Notes: generated from the letters alone by a model not told the origin. Shown: positions 8,353 through 17,595, counted from the first letter of the stretch. The stretch is 63,295 nucleotides of DNA from an uncultured Acidimicrobiaceae bacterium (GCA_964474055.1 CAYYRT010000252.1:1-63295), one strand, 5' to 3'. A program made the numbers and translations.

Positions 8353-9927
8353 CTCGACGTGGGGTATCCCGATCCCCTCTCCAAAGGCCTTGTAGTCCTC
8401 GAACTCGTTGGGATGCACGTATCGATGGATAGCGCGGTGGCGAGCGGTAGGACGGAGATACTGGCCGATGGTGACGATGTCGATGCCAACTGCGCGCATG
8501 TCCGCCAGTGCACCGAGCACCTCCTCACGGGTTTCGCCCATGCCAACGATCAGGCCCGATTTGGTGAGACCCTCGGGCCTCAACCGCTTCGCTCGAGCCA
8601 GGAGGGCAAGAGACCGTCCATAGTTAGCTGACGTACGAATTTCTCTCTGCAACCGAACCACGGTTTCGGTGTTGTGATTGAGCACTTCTGGCTCGGCCGC
8701 CATGACGGTTTCGAGGGCCGCCTGGTCACCTTTGAAGTCGGGGATGAGAACTTCGATTTCACAATCGGGGCTCAATCGCCGGGTCTCCCGGATCGTGGCG
8801 GCAAAGATCCCGGCACCACCATCGGTGAGGTCGTCACGGTTGACCGAGGTGATCACTGCATGCCGCAGCCGCATCTGTTTGATCGCCTCCGCCGCCCGAA
8901 ATGGTTCGAGTATGTCGAACTCGGTTGGTTTGCCGGTCGTTACGTTGCAGAAGCCACAGGCGCGGGTGCAGCGGTCACCGAGGATCATCAAGGTGGCGGT
9001 GCCCATCCCCCAGCACTCGTAGATGTTCGGGCAACCTGCTTCTTCGCAAACGGTGTGCAGCTCAAGGCCCCGCATGAGCTTCTTGAGCGCGAGATAGTCC
9101 CCGTCCATCCGGGCTGTGACCTTCATCCAATCTGGTCGGGGTGGTTCGCCCGGCAAACGGCCGTTGATCAAGACCGGCTCGCTCTGGCGCCGCTCGGGCG
9201 AGAAGGTCCCGGCCGCGAGCAGACGATCGACTTCGAACTCCTTGACCCGCCCCTGGCCCCGCACAAACGCGGCCTGCTGGGCCTCAACCGACTGGTAGGA
9301 AAACACGTCCTTGAAGTGGGGCACCAGCACCTCAACCGCCTCTTCCAGTGTGACCCGCCTGCCGACCAGTTCGGAGAGGGAGGTGACCGCCCGATCAGAA
9401 ATCCCGCAAGGATTCATCCTCCCAAAGTAAGACATGTCCGGATCCAGGTTGAGGGCGAAGCCGTGCATTGTGACCTGGCGGGCGACCCGGACACCGATAG
9501 CCGCCACCTTGCCTCGATCGGTCCATACCCCTGTGTAACCGGCCTCGGCCCATCCCTTGATGCCAAAGGATGCGAGCGTCCTGATGAGGACCTCTTCGAG
9601 GCGCCTGACATACGGGACGATTTGTTTGGGATCGGCCAGGCGCAGAATTGGATAACCGACCAGTTGTCCAGGTCCGTGGTAGGTGATATCCCCGCCCCGA
9701 TCGACGTAGTGGATCTCGGCGCTGATCTCACCCAGGAGTTCTGCCGGCATCAGCAAGTTGGAGCCATTGCCATTTCGGCCCACCGTGTAGACGTGGGGAT
9801 GCTCGAGGAGCAGGAGGTAGTCGTCGGCCCGGCCCTCCACCCGCCCTTCCCAAATCGCCCGTTGGAGATCCCATCCCTCGAGATACGGCAGCCGCCCCAA
9901 CCACCGAACGCGCAGTTGGCTACTCAC
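8281..9927 (-). CDS. lipB-lipA: Fused lipoyl(octanoyl) transferase (LipB) - lipoyl synthase (LipA)
   Basis: Single 548 aa ORF. The N-terminal half has LipB motifs (EHPHVYTVGRNG, RGGDITYHGPGQLVGYP, KVAAIGV). The C-terminal half has both LipA Fe-S motifs (CEEAGCPNIYEC and CTRACGFCNV). GTG start. Confidence 0.85.
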   Translation of the reverse strand: MSSQLRVRWLGRLPYLEGWDLQRAIWEGRVEGRADDYLLLLEHPHVYTVGRNGNGSNLLMPAELLGEISAEIHYVDRGGDITYHGPGQLVGYPILRLADPKQIVPYVRRLEEVLIRTLASFGIKGWAEAGYTGVWTDRGKVAAIGVRVARQVTMHGFALNLDPDMSYFGRMNPCGISDRAVTSLSELVGRRVTLEEAVEVLVPHFKDVFSYQSVEAQQAAFVRGQGRVKEFEVDRLLAAGTFSPERRQSEPVLINGRLPGEPPRPDWMKVTARMDGDYLALKKLMRGLELHTVCEEAGCPNIYECWGMGTATLMILGDRCTRACGFCNVTTGKPTEFDILEPFRAAEAIKQMRLRHAVITSVNRDDLTDGGAGIFAATIRETRRLSPDCEIEVLIPDFKGDQAALETVMAAEPEVLNHNTETVVRLQREIRTSANYGRSLALLARAKRLRPEGLTKSGLIVGMGETREEVLGALADMRAVGIDIVTIGQYLRPTARHRAIHRYVHPNEFEDYKAFGEGIGIPHVESGPLVRSSYHAAGARASVGAGVL

Positions 9928-9937
9928 GACTCACGAC

Positions 9938-11440
9938 TCACGTCAGTTCCTGCTGCCAGTCCCACTCCTCGAGGTTTTGGCGAATCCTCTGCAAGAACAA
10001 CACGGCGGTGGAACCGTCGAAGGCCCGATGGTCCCAGGACAGACCGAGATAGCCGATGTGGCGAATGGCGATCGTGTCCTGGCCTTCCGGAGTGGTGACC
10101 ACGGCCGGTCGTTTGGTGACCGTGTCGGTGGAGAGAATGCCCGTGTTGGGCACGTTGATGATCGGCGCCGACATGAACGATCCGAAGGGGCCCGGATTGG
10201 TGATCGTGAAGGTCGAACCCGAGACGTCGTCCGGTTCGAGCTTGCCTCCGCGGGCCTTCTCGGCCAACTCGCGGATCTTCCTGGCCAGACCCACCAGGCG
10301 CAGGCCGTCGGCGTTCCTGATGGTCGCAACAATCAGACCCTTCTGATTCAGATCGATGGCAATCCCAAGGTTGACTGTGCGGTGATACACGGCCTTCTTC
10401 TCGTCGAGGAAGAAGGAACTGTTCACCACCGGGTACGTCTTGAGGGCGTCGATCGTTGCCCGGGCTATGAAAGGAAGGTAGGTGAGGGAGAAACCCTCCT
10501 CTTTCTTCCACGCTTCCGACCGAGCTTGGCGGACCCGTTCAACCCGCTCGTAGTCGACCTCCACGGACGTCCACACATGGGCGGCCGTCTGCTTCGCCTT
10601 GATCAAATTCTCGGCGGTTCGGACCCGTAGGCGGTCCACGGGAATCTCCTCAGAGCCGGTGGCAACCTCGGGCTGCGGAGGTGCCATCGGGGCCGGCGCC
10701 TCGGGGGCCTTGAGAGTTGGCGGTGGGGCCACCGGAGATGGCGCAACGGCTGGCGCCACCGCAGGGGTGGCGGCAGGAGTTGGTGCGGTAGGTTCCTGGG
10801 ACAGGTAACCCTCAACATCGCGCCGGGTGATCCGGCCCCCCTCCCCTGTTCCGCTCACCTTGCCAAGATCGACATCGTGTTCCCGGACCAACCGCCGCAC
10901 CACAGGTGACAACACCTCGCGAGACGCCTCGGTTGGGGGTACCACTGGGATGACAGGTGCAACGGGAGGAGTTGGTGCTGCGGGTGGCGCAGGCGCCGGA
11001 TCTGGAGCAACTGGCGCCGGCTCCGGTGCAGGAGGCGCCGGATCTGGAGCAACTGGCGCCGGATCTGGAGCAACTGGCGCCGGCTCCGGTGCAGGAGGCG
11101 CCGGTTCCGGATCGACCGCCACCTGGGACGAGGGCGACGCAGGTTCGGGAGTTGCTTGAGGCTGTGCCGCATCTGGCGGAGTGGCGGCGGCTGGTTGGGC
11201 CCCTGGCTCTCCGATCACGGCCAGCCGGGTACCCACCCCGACGGTCTCCCCCTCCGGGACCAGGATCTCAAGGATCACTCCCGAGATCGGCGACGGAACT
11301 TCGGTATCGACCTTGTCGGTTGAGATCTCCAACAGGATTTCGTCAGTGGCGATGTTGTCGCCGACCTTTTTGGCCCAGCGAAGAATCGTCCCTTCAGTAA
11401 CGGTCTCTCCGAGCTGGGGCATGGTGACATCGGTTGCCAT
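9938..11440 (-). CDS. Dihydrolipoamide acyltransferase (E2) of a 2-oxoacid dehydrogenase complex
   Basis: N-terminal lipoyl domain (EISTDKVDTEVPSP). Long Pro/Ala linker. Peripheral subunit-binding domain (SPVVRRLVREHDVDL). Catalytic domain with DHRAFDG. Confidence 0.9.
   Translation of the reverse strand: MATDVTMPQLGETVTEGTILRWAKKVGDNIATDEILLEISTDKVDTEVPSPISGVILEILVPEGETVGVGTRLAVIGEPGAQPAAATPPDAAQPQATPEPASPSSQVAVDPEPAPPAPEPAPVAPDPAPVAPDPAPPAPEPAPVAPDPAPAPPAAPTPPVAPVIPVVPPTEASREVLSPVVRRLVREHDVDLGKVSGTGEGGRITRRDVEGYLSQEPTAPTPAATPAVAPAVAPSPVAPPPTLKAPEAPAPMAPPQPEVATGSEEIPVDRLRVRTAENLIKAKQTAAHVWTSVEVDYERVERVRQARSEAWKKEEGFSLTYLPFIARATIDALKTYPVVNSSFFLDEKKAVYHRTVNLGIAIDLNQKGLIVATIRNADGLRLVGLARKIRELAEKARGGKLEPDDVSGSTFTITNPGPFGSFMSAPIINVPNTGILSTDTVTKRPAVVTTPEGQDTIAIRHIGYLGLSWDHRAFDGSTAVLFLQRIRQNLEEWDWQQELT
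10992..11117. repeat. Six tandem 21-bp units inside the E2 linker coding region
   Basis: Units GGCGCCGGATCTGGAGCAACT and GGCGCCGGCTCCGGTGCAGGA alternate or repeat from 10992 to 11117. On the minus strand they encode the PAPVAPD / PAPPAPE heptapeptide linker repeats. Confidence 0.9.
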
Positions 11441-11454
11441 ACGATCGAAGCCTC

Positions 11455-12822
11455 CTAGTGCAGACTCTTGCCGGCCGCCGAGAGCAAGGTCTCGCCTACC
11501 GCTTCCGAGAGGGTGGGATGGGCGTGGATAAAAGCGGCCGCCTCAGAGGGGTACGCCTCCCAGCCCACCGCATACATGAGTTCGTGGATCAGTTCACCGG
11601 CCTGAGGCCCTACCACCGTGGCTCCGAGAATCGCTCCGTTCTTGGCGGAAACGATCTTTACGTTCCCACGGTTCTCTCCGACGATGATCGCCCGGGCAAC
11701 TCCGGCGAAGCCATGATTGTGGACCTCAACCTCGATGCCCCTTTCGACCGCCTGGGCCTCGGTAATACCGACTTCGGCGAACTCGGGATGGGTGTAGGTG
11801 ACTCTCGGGATGGCCGGGTAGTTGACGGGGTCGGGTGTGCCGGTGCCGATGTGGGTGACCGCCGCAATCGCCTCGGCAAAGCCCACGTGGGCAAGTTGGG
11901 GTGTTCCTGCCACTACATCCCCCACTGCATATACACCGGGGGCCGCGAGCATCGTGCTCAGATCGGTCTTGATGAACCCCCGCTCCAACACGACTCCGGC
12001 GGTCTCGAGGCCGATCCCCTCGGTGTTGGGACCCCGGCCAACCGCCATGAGAACTACGTCGACCTCTACCTGCTCACTCCCAAACGGGACCACCACTGAC
12101 GACGGACCGATTCTGGGGGCATCGACTCTTCGTTCGAGATAGAACCGAACCCCTTTGCGGGTCATTTCCCGCTCGAGCACCTTGACCGAGTCGGAATCGG
12201 CGCCAGGAATGATCTGGGGCAGCATCTCGATGACGTGCACTTCCGTACCTACTCCAGCCAACAGACTGGCGAACTCACAGCCAATCACTCCCCCACCAAT
12301 GATCGCTACCCGTTCAGGACGGGCCGGCCAGTCCAGGGCATGGTCGGAGGTGACGATCCGATGACCGTCGACCGGATAGGTGGGCAGGGTGCGCGAATAG
12401 GAGCCGGTGGCAACGATGACATTGCGGCCTTCCAGGCGCTGCTCCCCCTCAGCTCCGGACACGACCACTGTGTTCGGGCCGTCCAGACGACCCCGTCCCG
12501 TGATGACATCGACTTTGCGCTTCTTCAACAGCCCGGTGACGCCCCGGACCAGGCCGTCGACACTTTGATTCTTCCTGGCTAGAGCCGCCGCCCAGTCGAG
12601 TTCAGGCTCGGAGGTGATTACACCGAAGTCGGAAGCGTGTTGCACAGTGGCATAAACCTCGGCGATCTGCAGCCACTGTTTTGCGGGTATACATCCGCGA
12701 AGCAGACACGTACCTCCCAGACGCTCGTCGGTGACCAGAGCCACCGATAGGCCGTAATTGTGGGCAAACAACCCGGCGGCATAACCCCCGGGGCCTCCAC
12801 CAACTATGACGATGTCGTGCAA
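11455..12822 (-). CDS. lpd: Dihydrolipoyl dehydrogenase (E3)
   Basis: GGGPGGY FAD motif, redox-active GGTCLLRGCIPAK disulfide motif, and C-terminal HAHPTLSE interface motif. Confidence 0.92.
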   Translation of the reverse strand: MHDIVIVGGGPGGYAAGLFAHNYGLSVALVTDERLGGTCLLRGCIPAKQWLQIAEVYATVQHASDFGVITSEPELDWAAALARKNQSVDGLVRGVTGLLKKRKVDVITGRGRLDGPNTVVVSGAEGEQRLEGRNVIVATGSYSRTLPTYPVDGHRIVTSDHALDWPARPERVAIIGGGVIGCEFASLLAGVGTEVHVIEMLPQIIPGADSDSVKVLEREMTRKGVRFYLERRVDAPRIGPSSVVVPFGSEQVEVDVVLMAVGRGPNTEGIGLETAGVVLERGFIKTDLSTMLAAPGVYAVGDVVAGTPQLAHVGFAEAIAAVTHIGTGTPDPVNYPAIPRVTYTHPEFAEVGITEAQAVERGIEVEVHNHGFAGVARAIIVGENRGNVKIVSAKNGAILGATVVGPQAGELIHELMYAVGWEAYPSEAAAFIHAHPTLSEAVGETLLSAAGKSLH

Positions 12823-12845
12823 TAGGACCCCTTCTAGGCCAGCGA

Positions 12846-14597
12846 CTACGAACGGGGACCGAGCCTAGCTTCCAGGTGGCGCCGTCTTCTGCGGACAAGC
12901 CAGCCGACGAGAAAGGCAGTCAACAAGCCTCCAACGAAACCGATCGCGGTCAGGGCCAATCCCCGACGGCCCCCAAAAACCGCGGCGATGATCCGATCTG
13001 TGGCGCTCTGCACCTGACCCCCGGCCAAATATATGGCGATCCTTTCTGCCTCGGTCCGGCTTAGACCCAAGTTCGGCATTTGCGCGTCGGGATTGTCGAA
13101 TCTTGGTTCGAGAAGTCGGTAGGTCACCCACAAGGCGGCACGCGTCCCACCTCTCGTCTCGAGAATCTCCGCCCGTTCGTCTCTCCAGGAGCTGAACGGC
13201 TCTTCGTTGAGCTGGTCCAAGTCTTCGACAAGCTGGCGATACTCGGGCGAGTCGAGCCGTGTCCTGATTCGAATCCCCAGGGTGTTGCGGTCAAGGGCCG
13301 GCCCTACCGCTCCTCCCACGCCACCCAACTGGTGACAAGACCGGCAGCCGTAACGAATCATCAGTTCCTCGGCGGCACCTGTTTCCAAACCGTATGGATA
13401 GGCAGCTTCGGGGTCATGGCGTATCCGGAAAACGGTGCTTACCCCGTTTCGGTCGGGGATCACCGGTGCGAAGTAGAGACCATCGGGGCCAAAGGCCATA
13501 CCTGCGACATTCTGGTCACCGGTATCGCGCCACTTGACTAGGTAGGTCTGACCGGCCGTTGCGCGGTCGGCCGCAAGGTCGTACGGCAACATCACCACCC
13601 CGGCGCCGTCATCCACCGAGGCGGCGACGTAGAACGCTTCCTGGAACGACTGGGGGAACAGGTCCGATCCCCTGGGATATCGCTCCAATTGAACCGGTCC
13701 CAGGGCCGGGGACATGACTACATCCGCCGCTGCCCCGATGCTGGCATCGGTCCCGTCCCACAAATAGTCGCCGCCCGATTCGACTCTAAGGAAGCGATCG
13801 ATCACGGGTCCGTTGTCAGCCACGAAGACCTCTCCTTCGACCACATCCAGTCCAAAGGGGTTGCGCAGTCCCAGCGCCCAAACGAAGGGTGCTGATCCTC
13901 CTCCTTCTGGGAAGGGATTGTCCGGGTATGGCAATCCGTCGAGGGTCATTTTCACGACCTTGCCGAGAAGCTGTTCGCGATCACGACTGAACCGCGGATT
14001 TGCTCCATCACCCACGCTGACGTAAAGAGCGTCGCCTTCGACCTGGCAGGGACCGATCTGATGAGACAGGGCCGAGGGAAAACCGGCGAAGATGTGATCG
14101 AGGTTGAGCTCTGTGACCGAGCCGGTGAATGTGCTAGCCGATGCCTGGAATCGGGTCATCCCGTTCTGTAGGAACCCGCGCACATTTCGATGCGAGTAAG
14201 TCGCAAAGACGTATCCGTGCTCGGGAGCGACACATAGCCCCGCGAGACCACCTTCCCCCGCTAAATCGGGATATTCGGCCGTGGGGTCGAAGGTTCCCAC
14301 CTCCGCAAACTGGGTTACTGACCTGTCGTTGGATACAACTTTGATCGATCCGCGCAACTCGGTCACGAAATACAGCGGGTCGCCCGGCTGCCCGCCGGGC
14401 CGGGGGACGAAGGTCAAGGAGGTGGGCAACACCAAGCCAGACGCATCAGCTTCGATCGTGAATCCCGGCGAAGCTCCCCATGACTCCCGCCAGTCGTCTG
14501 CGTTGTCGGCGGTGGCAGCCGTGCTTGCGATGACCACAACTATGAGGACCGGCCCGGCGATCGCGAAAGCTGCCCACAAGCGCGACCTACCAGTCAC
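12846..14597 (-). CDS. Soluble PQQ-dependent (sorbosone/glucose dehydrogenase-like) beta-propeller fused to a cytochrome c domain and a C-terminal membrane anchor
   Basis: N-terminal signal-like segment. GLRNPFGLD propeller motif. CRSCHQ haem c motif with downstream AQMPNLG. Terminal hydrophobic helix followed by RRRRR. Confidence 0.7.
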   Translation of the reverse strand: MTGRSRLWAAFAIAGPVLIVVVIASTAATADNADDWRESWGASPGFTIEADASGLVLPTSLTFVPRPGGQPGDPLYFVTELRGSIKVVSNDRSVTQFAEVGTFDPTAEYPDLAGEGGLAGLCVAPEHGYVFATYSHRNVRGFLQNGMTRFQASASTFTGSVTELNLDHIFAGFPSALSHQIGPCQVEGDALYVSVGDGANPRFSRDREQLLGKVVKMTLDGLPYPDNPFPEGGGSAPFVWALGLRNPFGLDVVEGEVFVADNGPVIDRFLRVESGGDYLWDGTDASIGAAADVVMSPALGPVQLERYPRGSDLFPQSFQEAFYVAASVDDGAGVVMLPYDLAADRATAGQTYLVKWRDTGDQNVAGMAFGPDGLYFAPVIPDRNGVSTVFRIRHDPEAAYPYGLETGAAEELMIRYGCRSCHQLGGVGGAVGPALDRNTLGIRIRTRLDSPEYRQLVEDLDQLNEEPFSSWRDERAEILETRGGTRAALWVTYRLLEPRFDNPDAQMPNLGLSRTEAERIAIYLAGGQVQSATDRIIAAVFGGRRGLALTAIGFVGGLLTAFLVGWLVRRRRRHLEARLGPRS

Positions 14598-15874
14598 TGA
14601 TCACCCATCGCGTGAAGGTTCAGCTCCAAGGAGCTGAGGACTCGCAGGGCGTAGGAATGATCCACCACCCCCTCGATGTGCTCCCTCCACAGTCTCATCA
14701 GGTCCACGTATGGCACGATGGCCCGCGCCTCGAGGTCTTTGACAGCTTGGGTCGCAAAGGCTGCGTAGCTGGTCTTGGCTCTGAGAGCGTTCGCGTAGTC
14801 GAGTTGTTGGATGTCGTCGAGCCTGGGCCGACCTGCCAGCTTCAGCAAGCGCCTCCTTACCTTTGCAATGCCAACCCGGAAGCCGGGAGCGTTGACTCCC
14901 AGGCCATAGTTGCCCTGGATCGGAAACTCGAACATCTTGGGGAAAGCCGCTTCGAGAATACGCGGATAGATCGGTTGCTCGGCTCGATGCCGCCACGGCA
15001 GGCCGAGCATGTAGCTCTTGAACTCCGTCCGAGCGTAGGGGTGCGCCTCCCGGAACAGTCGCCAAGGTGGGTGTCCTATGCGAAAGCTCTGGCGGCCAGC
15101 TATCTCGATCTGATCGTCGAAGCCCACAAGATTGGGGGCGACCACGGATCCATCCGGAAAAATTCCCCCAACGTTCCAGGACGGCTCAAACAGTTCGACG
15201 CTACGGGCAGCCCGGTTACTACGTAGGAAATTGGAGACTGCTTCCTCCCAGGTAGAGCTGGGTCGAGCTGGAAGCCGCTTGCCGGCGAGGACCCCTCCAA
15301 GGAAGCCCGTCCAGAATGTCGCATCGGGGCCGACCAGGCTGCGCAGCAGGAAGCTGAGGTACTTTGCGTCGGCCATCGGTATGGGCAATTGCGTATGGGC
15401 GGAACGGGCGTAGTCCACCAATCGACGCATGTCCCACAACACCTTGGTGGCATCGAGTCGTTCGCTGGCTACTCCTGCAAACCTGGCCAACCGCGACGGG
15501 ATCTCGAAATCGAGCGAGCCAGGTGTACCCAGCGTCAGCGTGGTAATTTCGCTGGCCTGCAGAAGAGAACGCAGGGCGCCAAAGACGGCTCGGGAGTCGT
15601 AGCCGCCACTGAGGAGGACGGCCTGAGTGGGAGTATCCGCTCCGGCCAAGGAAGCTTGCACTGCCTGAAGAAGGCGCCTTACTCCCTCCTTGACGAGAGC
15701 CGATTCGGACGCTCTCTCGGCCCAAGCCTGTACCGAGGCAGTGTCGCAATCGTTGAGAAGGCCGCCACCATGAGCTGCTATGTCACCATATGACGCCCCA
15801 AAATACAGGTAGGACTGAAGGGCGTTCCGATCGAGGAATGACGGGTTGCCACCGATACCATCTGTTGTTTTCAA
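14594..15874 (-). CDS. Asparagine-synthetase-like adenylating (PP-loop) domain protein lacking the glutaminase domain
   Basis: The SGGYDS PP-loop lies only ~95 aa from the N-terminus. There is no N-terminal Cys/Ntn glutaminase domain. Confidence 0.65.
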   Translation of the reverse strand: MKTTDGIGGNPSFLDRNALQSYLYFGASYGDIAAHGGGLLNDCDTASVQAWAERASESALVKEGVRRLLQAVQASLAGADTPTQAVLLSGGYDSRAVFGALRSLLQASEITTLTLGTPGSLDFEIPSRLARFAGVASERLDATKVLWDMRRLVDYARSAHTQLPIPMADAKYLSFLLRSLVGPDATFWTGFLGGVLAGKRLPARPSSTWEEAVSNFLRSNRAARSVELFEPSWNVGGIFPDGSVVAPNLVGFDDQIEIAGRQSFRIGHPPWRLFREAHPYARTEFKSYMLGLPWRHRAEQPIYPRILEAAFPKMFEFPIQGNYGLGVNAPGFRVGIAKVRRRLLKLAGRPRLDDIQQLDYANALRAKTSYAAFATQAVKDLEARAIVPYVDLMRLWREHIEGVVDHSYALRVLSSLELNLHAMGDQ

Positions 15875-15927
15875 CAGTCAATCAAGATAGTCGCTGCGGC
15901 CATACCCTTCACTAGGACAGGAACACG

Positions 15928-17595
15928 ATGATCATCGACGGCACCTCGATCCCGTCCGGAACGACGTTACGCGCGTCCGTCTGTGTGGTGGGCGCGGGCC
16001 CGGCTGGTATTGCGGTTGCCCGAACCCTGGCAGCATCTGGATTGGACGTCATCGTGATTGAGTCCGGGGGGGTTCAACCGATGCCCGAGGCGCAACAATT
16101 GAACCGCGGGCTGAGCATTGGTTATCCATATGCACCACTGGTCGAAACCAGGGCTCGAGGTTTCGGTGGATCGGCGCTGGCGTGGGACCTAGAGATGCCC
16201 GGCGGCCGAGGAGCTCAGTATCGGCCCTTGGAACCATTTGATCTCGAGCTGCGCCATTGGGTGCCCAATAGCGGTTGGCCCATTTCACACGAGGAGATAC
16301 AACGCGAGTTGGCTCAGGCCGCCGAGTGGTGCGGACTCGATGCTGCTGAGTTTCGACCACGAGAGGCTCAAGGATTTACCGAGGCCCTCGAGCCGCCGGA
16401 CTTTGAAGCAGTTCTATTCCGAGCGGGGCTTGCAACCGCGCACACTAAGGAGCCTCTTGAGGAATTGGCGAGGTCAACTCGGATAACTCTGGTCACCGCG
16501 AGGTCAGCAATCGAGCTATTGACAGACCAATTGGGTCAGCAGGTGGTGGCTATCCGGGCTGCGGGGCTAGACGGACGCAGCATGAGGGTTGAGGCCGGCA
16601 TTTACGTATTGGCTGCCGGGGCCATCGAAAATGCTCGCCTCCTTCTCGTCTCGGCTCAAGGAGAAAGGGCAGGAATCGGCAACGGCCACGATTTAGTCGG
16701 CCGGTTTTTTATGGAGCACCTCCACGTGTGGACAGGAGTTGTCCAACATGGCCACATCTCCGCCAACGAGTCGCATCCCGAGACGTCAATCGGTGAAGAG
16801 GGCGTCGGCCTCGTGCGACGCAAGTACGCATTGAGTCCCAGGACGCAAGAGCGCCACGGAGTCCTCAGCGCAGTCATGATGCTGAGAACGCGGCCATGGG
16901 AGTCTTCTCTGGCTTTCCTTGCCCACCACGGTCCCACTCCTGAGGCCATCGAGATGATCACGCGAGACCGCCCCAACGTTTGGAAGCTGCGTTGGGCTCG
17001 CAGCCTCCTCAAAGAACGGTCGGCTGTACCAATCTGGTTGTGGAGGCATCTCCAATGGAGGCTCGCACAACAGGCTCTGCCAAAAGACCAACAGGGCAGC
17101 TCCTGTGTAGTCATGTATGTCCATGCTGAACAGCAGCCCAACCCCGACAGCCGGGTTGTCCTCTCCGACGAAGTTGACGCCCTCGGACTGCGACTGATGG
17201 ACCCTGTTTGCCGACGGGCAGACCTCAACTGGCGGCTCACCGAAATGGATTTCTCGACCTTGAGAACCATCCAGAAACTGGCCACCAACCAACTTCAATC
17301 GAAGGGTTATGGGCGGGTAACAGGTCGACTGCGGGCCGATGGAGAAATAGCAGGGATTGGCGGTGGCTCCCATCACATGGGCACCACGCGGATGTCGGCC
17401 TCGCCAAGGTCAGGGGTCGTCGATATCGACGGCAAGGTGCACGGTGTGGGCAATCTGTATGTAGCCGGATCATCGGTATTTCCGACTGTCGGATACGCCA
17501 ATCCGACGCTCACAATCGTTGCCCTAGCAATCCGTCTCGGAAAGCACCTGGTCAATGCCCTCAAGGACTCGGGTTACCAAGTCCGGCCCGGGTAG
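15928..17595 (+). CDS. GMC-family FAD-dependent oxidoreductase
   Basis: VVGAGPAGIAVA dinucleotide fold. C-terminal HHMGTTRM ... LYVAGSSVFPT motif of the GMC C-terminal domain. Confidence 0.8.
   Translation: MIIDGTSIPSGTTLRASVCVVGAGPAGIAVARTLAASGLDVIVIESGGVQPMPEAQQLNRGLSIGYPYAPLVETRARGFGGSALAWDLEMPGGRGAQYRPLEPFDLELRHWVPNSGWPISHEEIQRELAQAAEWCGLDAAEFRPREAQGFTEALEPPDFEAVLFRAGLATAHTKEPLEELARSTRITLVTARSAIELLTDQLGQQVVAIRAAGLDGRSMRVEAGIYVLAAGAIENARLLLVSAQGERAGIGNGHDLVGRFFMEHLHVWTGVVQHGHISANESHPETSIGEEGVGLVRRKYALSPRTQERHGVLSAVMMLRTRPWESSLAFLAHHGPTPEAIEMITRDRPNVWKLRWARSLLKERSAVPIWLWRHLQWRLAQQALPKDQQGSSCVVMYVHAEQQPNPDSRVVLSDEVDALGLRLMDPVCRRADLNWRLTEMDFSTLRTIQKLATNQLQSKGYGRVTGRLRADGEIAGIGGGSHHMGTTRMSASPRSGVVDIDGKVHGVGNLYVAGSSVFPTVGYANPTLTIVALAIRLGKHLVNALKDSGYQVRPG

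Noticed and set aside
10827-11159. Gly-rich ORF (GATGAGSGATGAGSGAGGAG...) that could be mistaken for a PE-PGRS/collagen-like repeat protein.
   Set aside because: It is the antisense reading of the E2 Pro/Ala linker repeats. The E2 frame on the minus strand is unambiguous.
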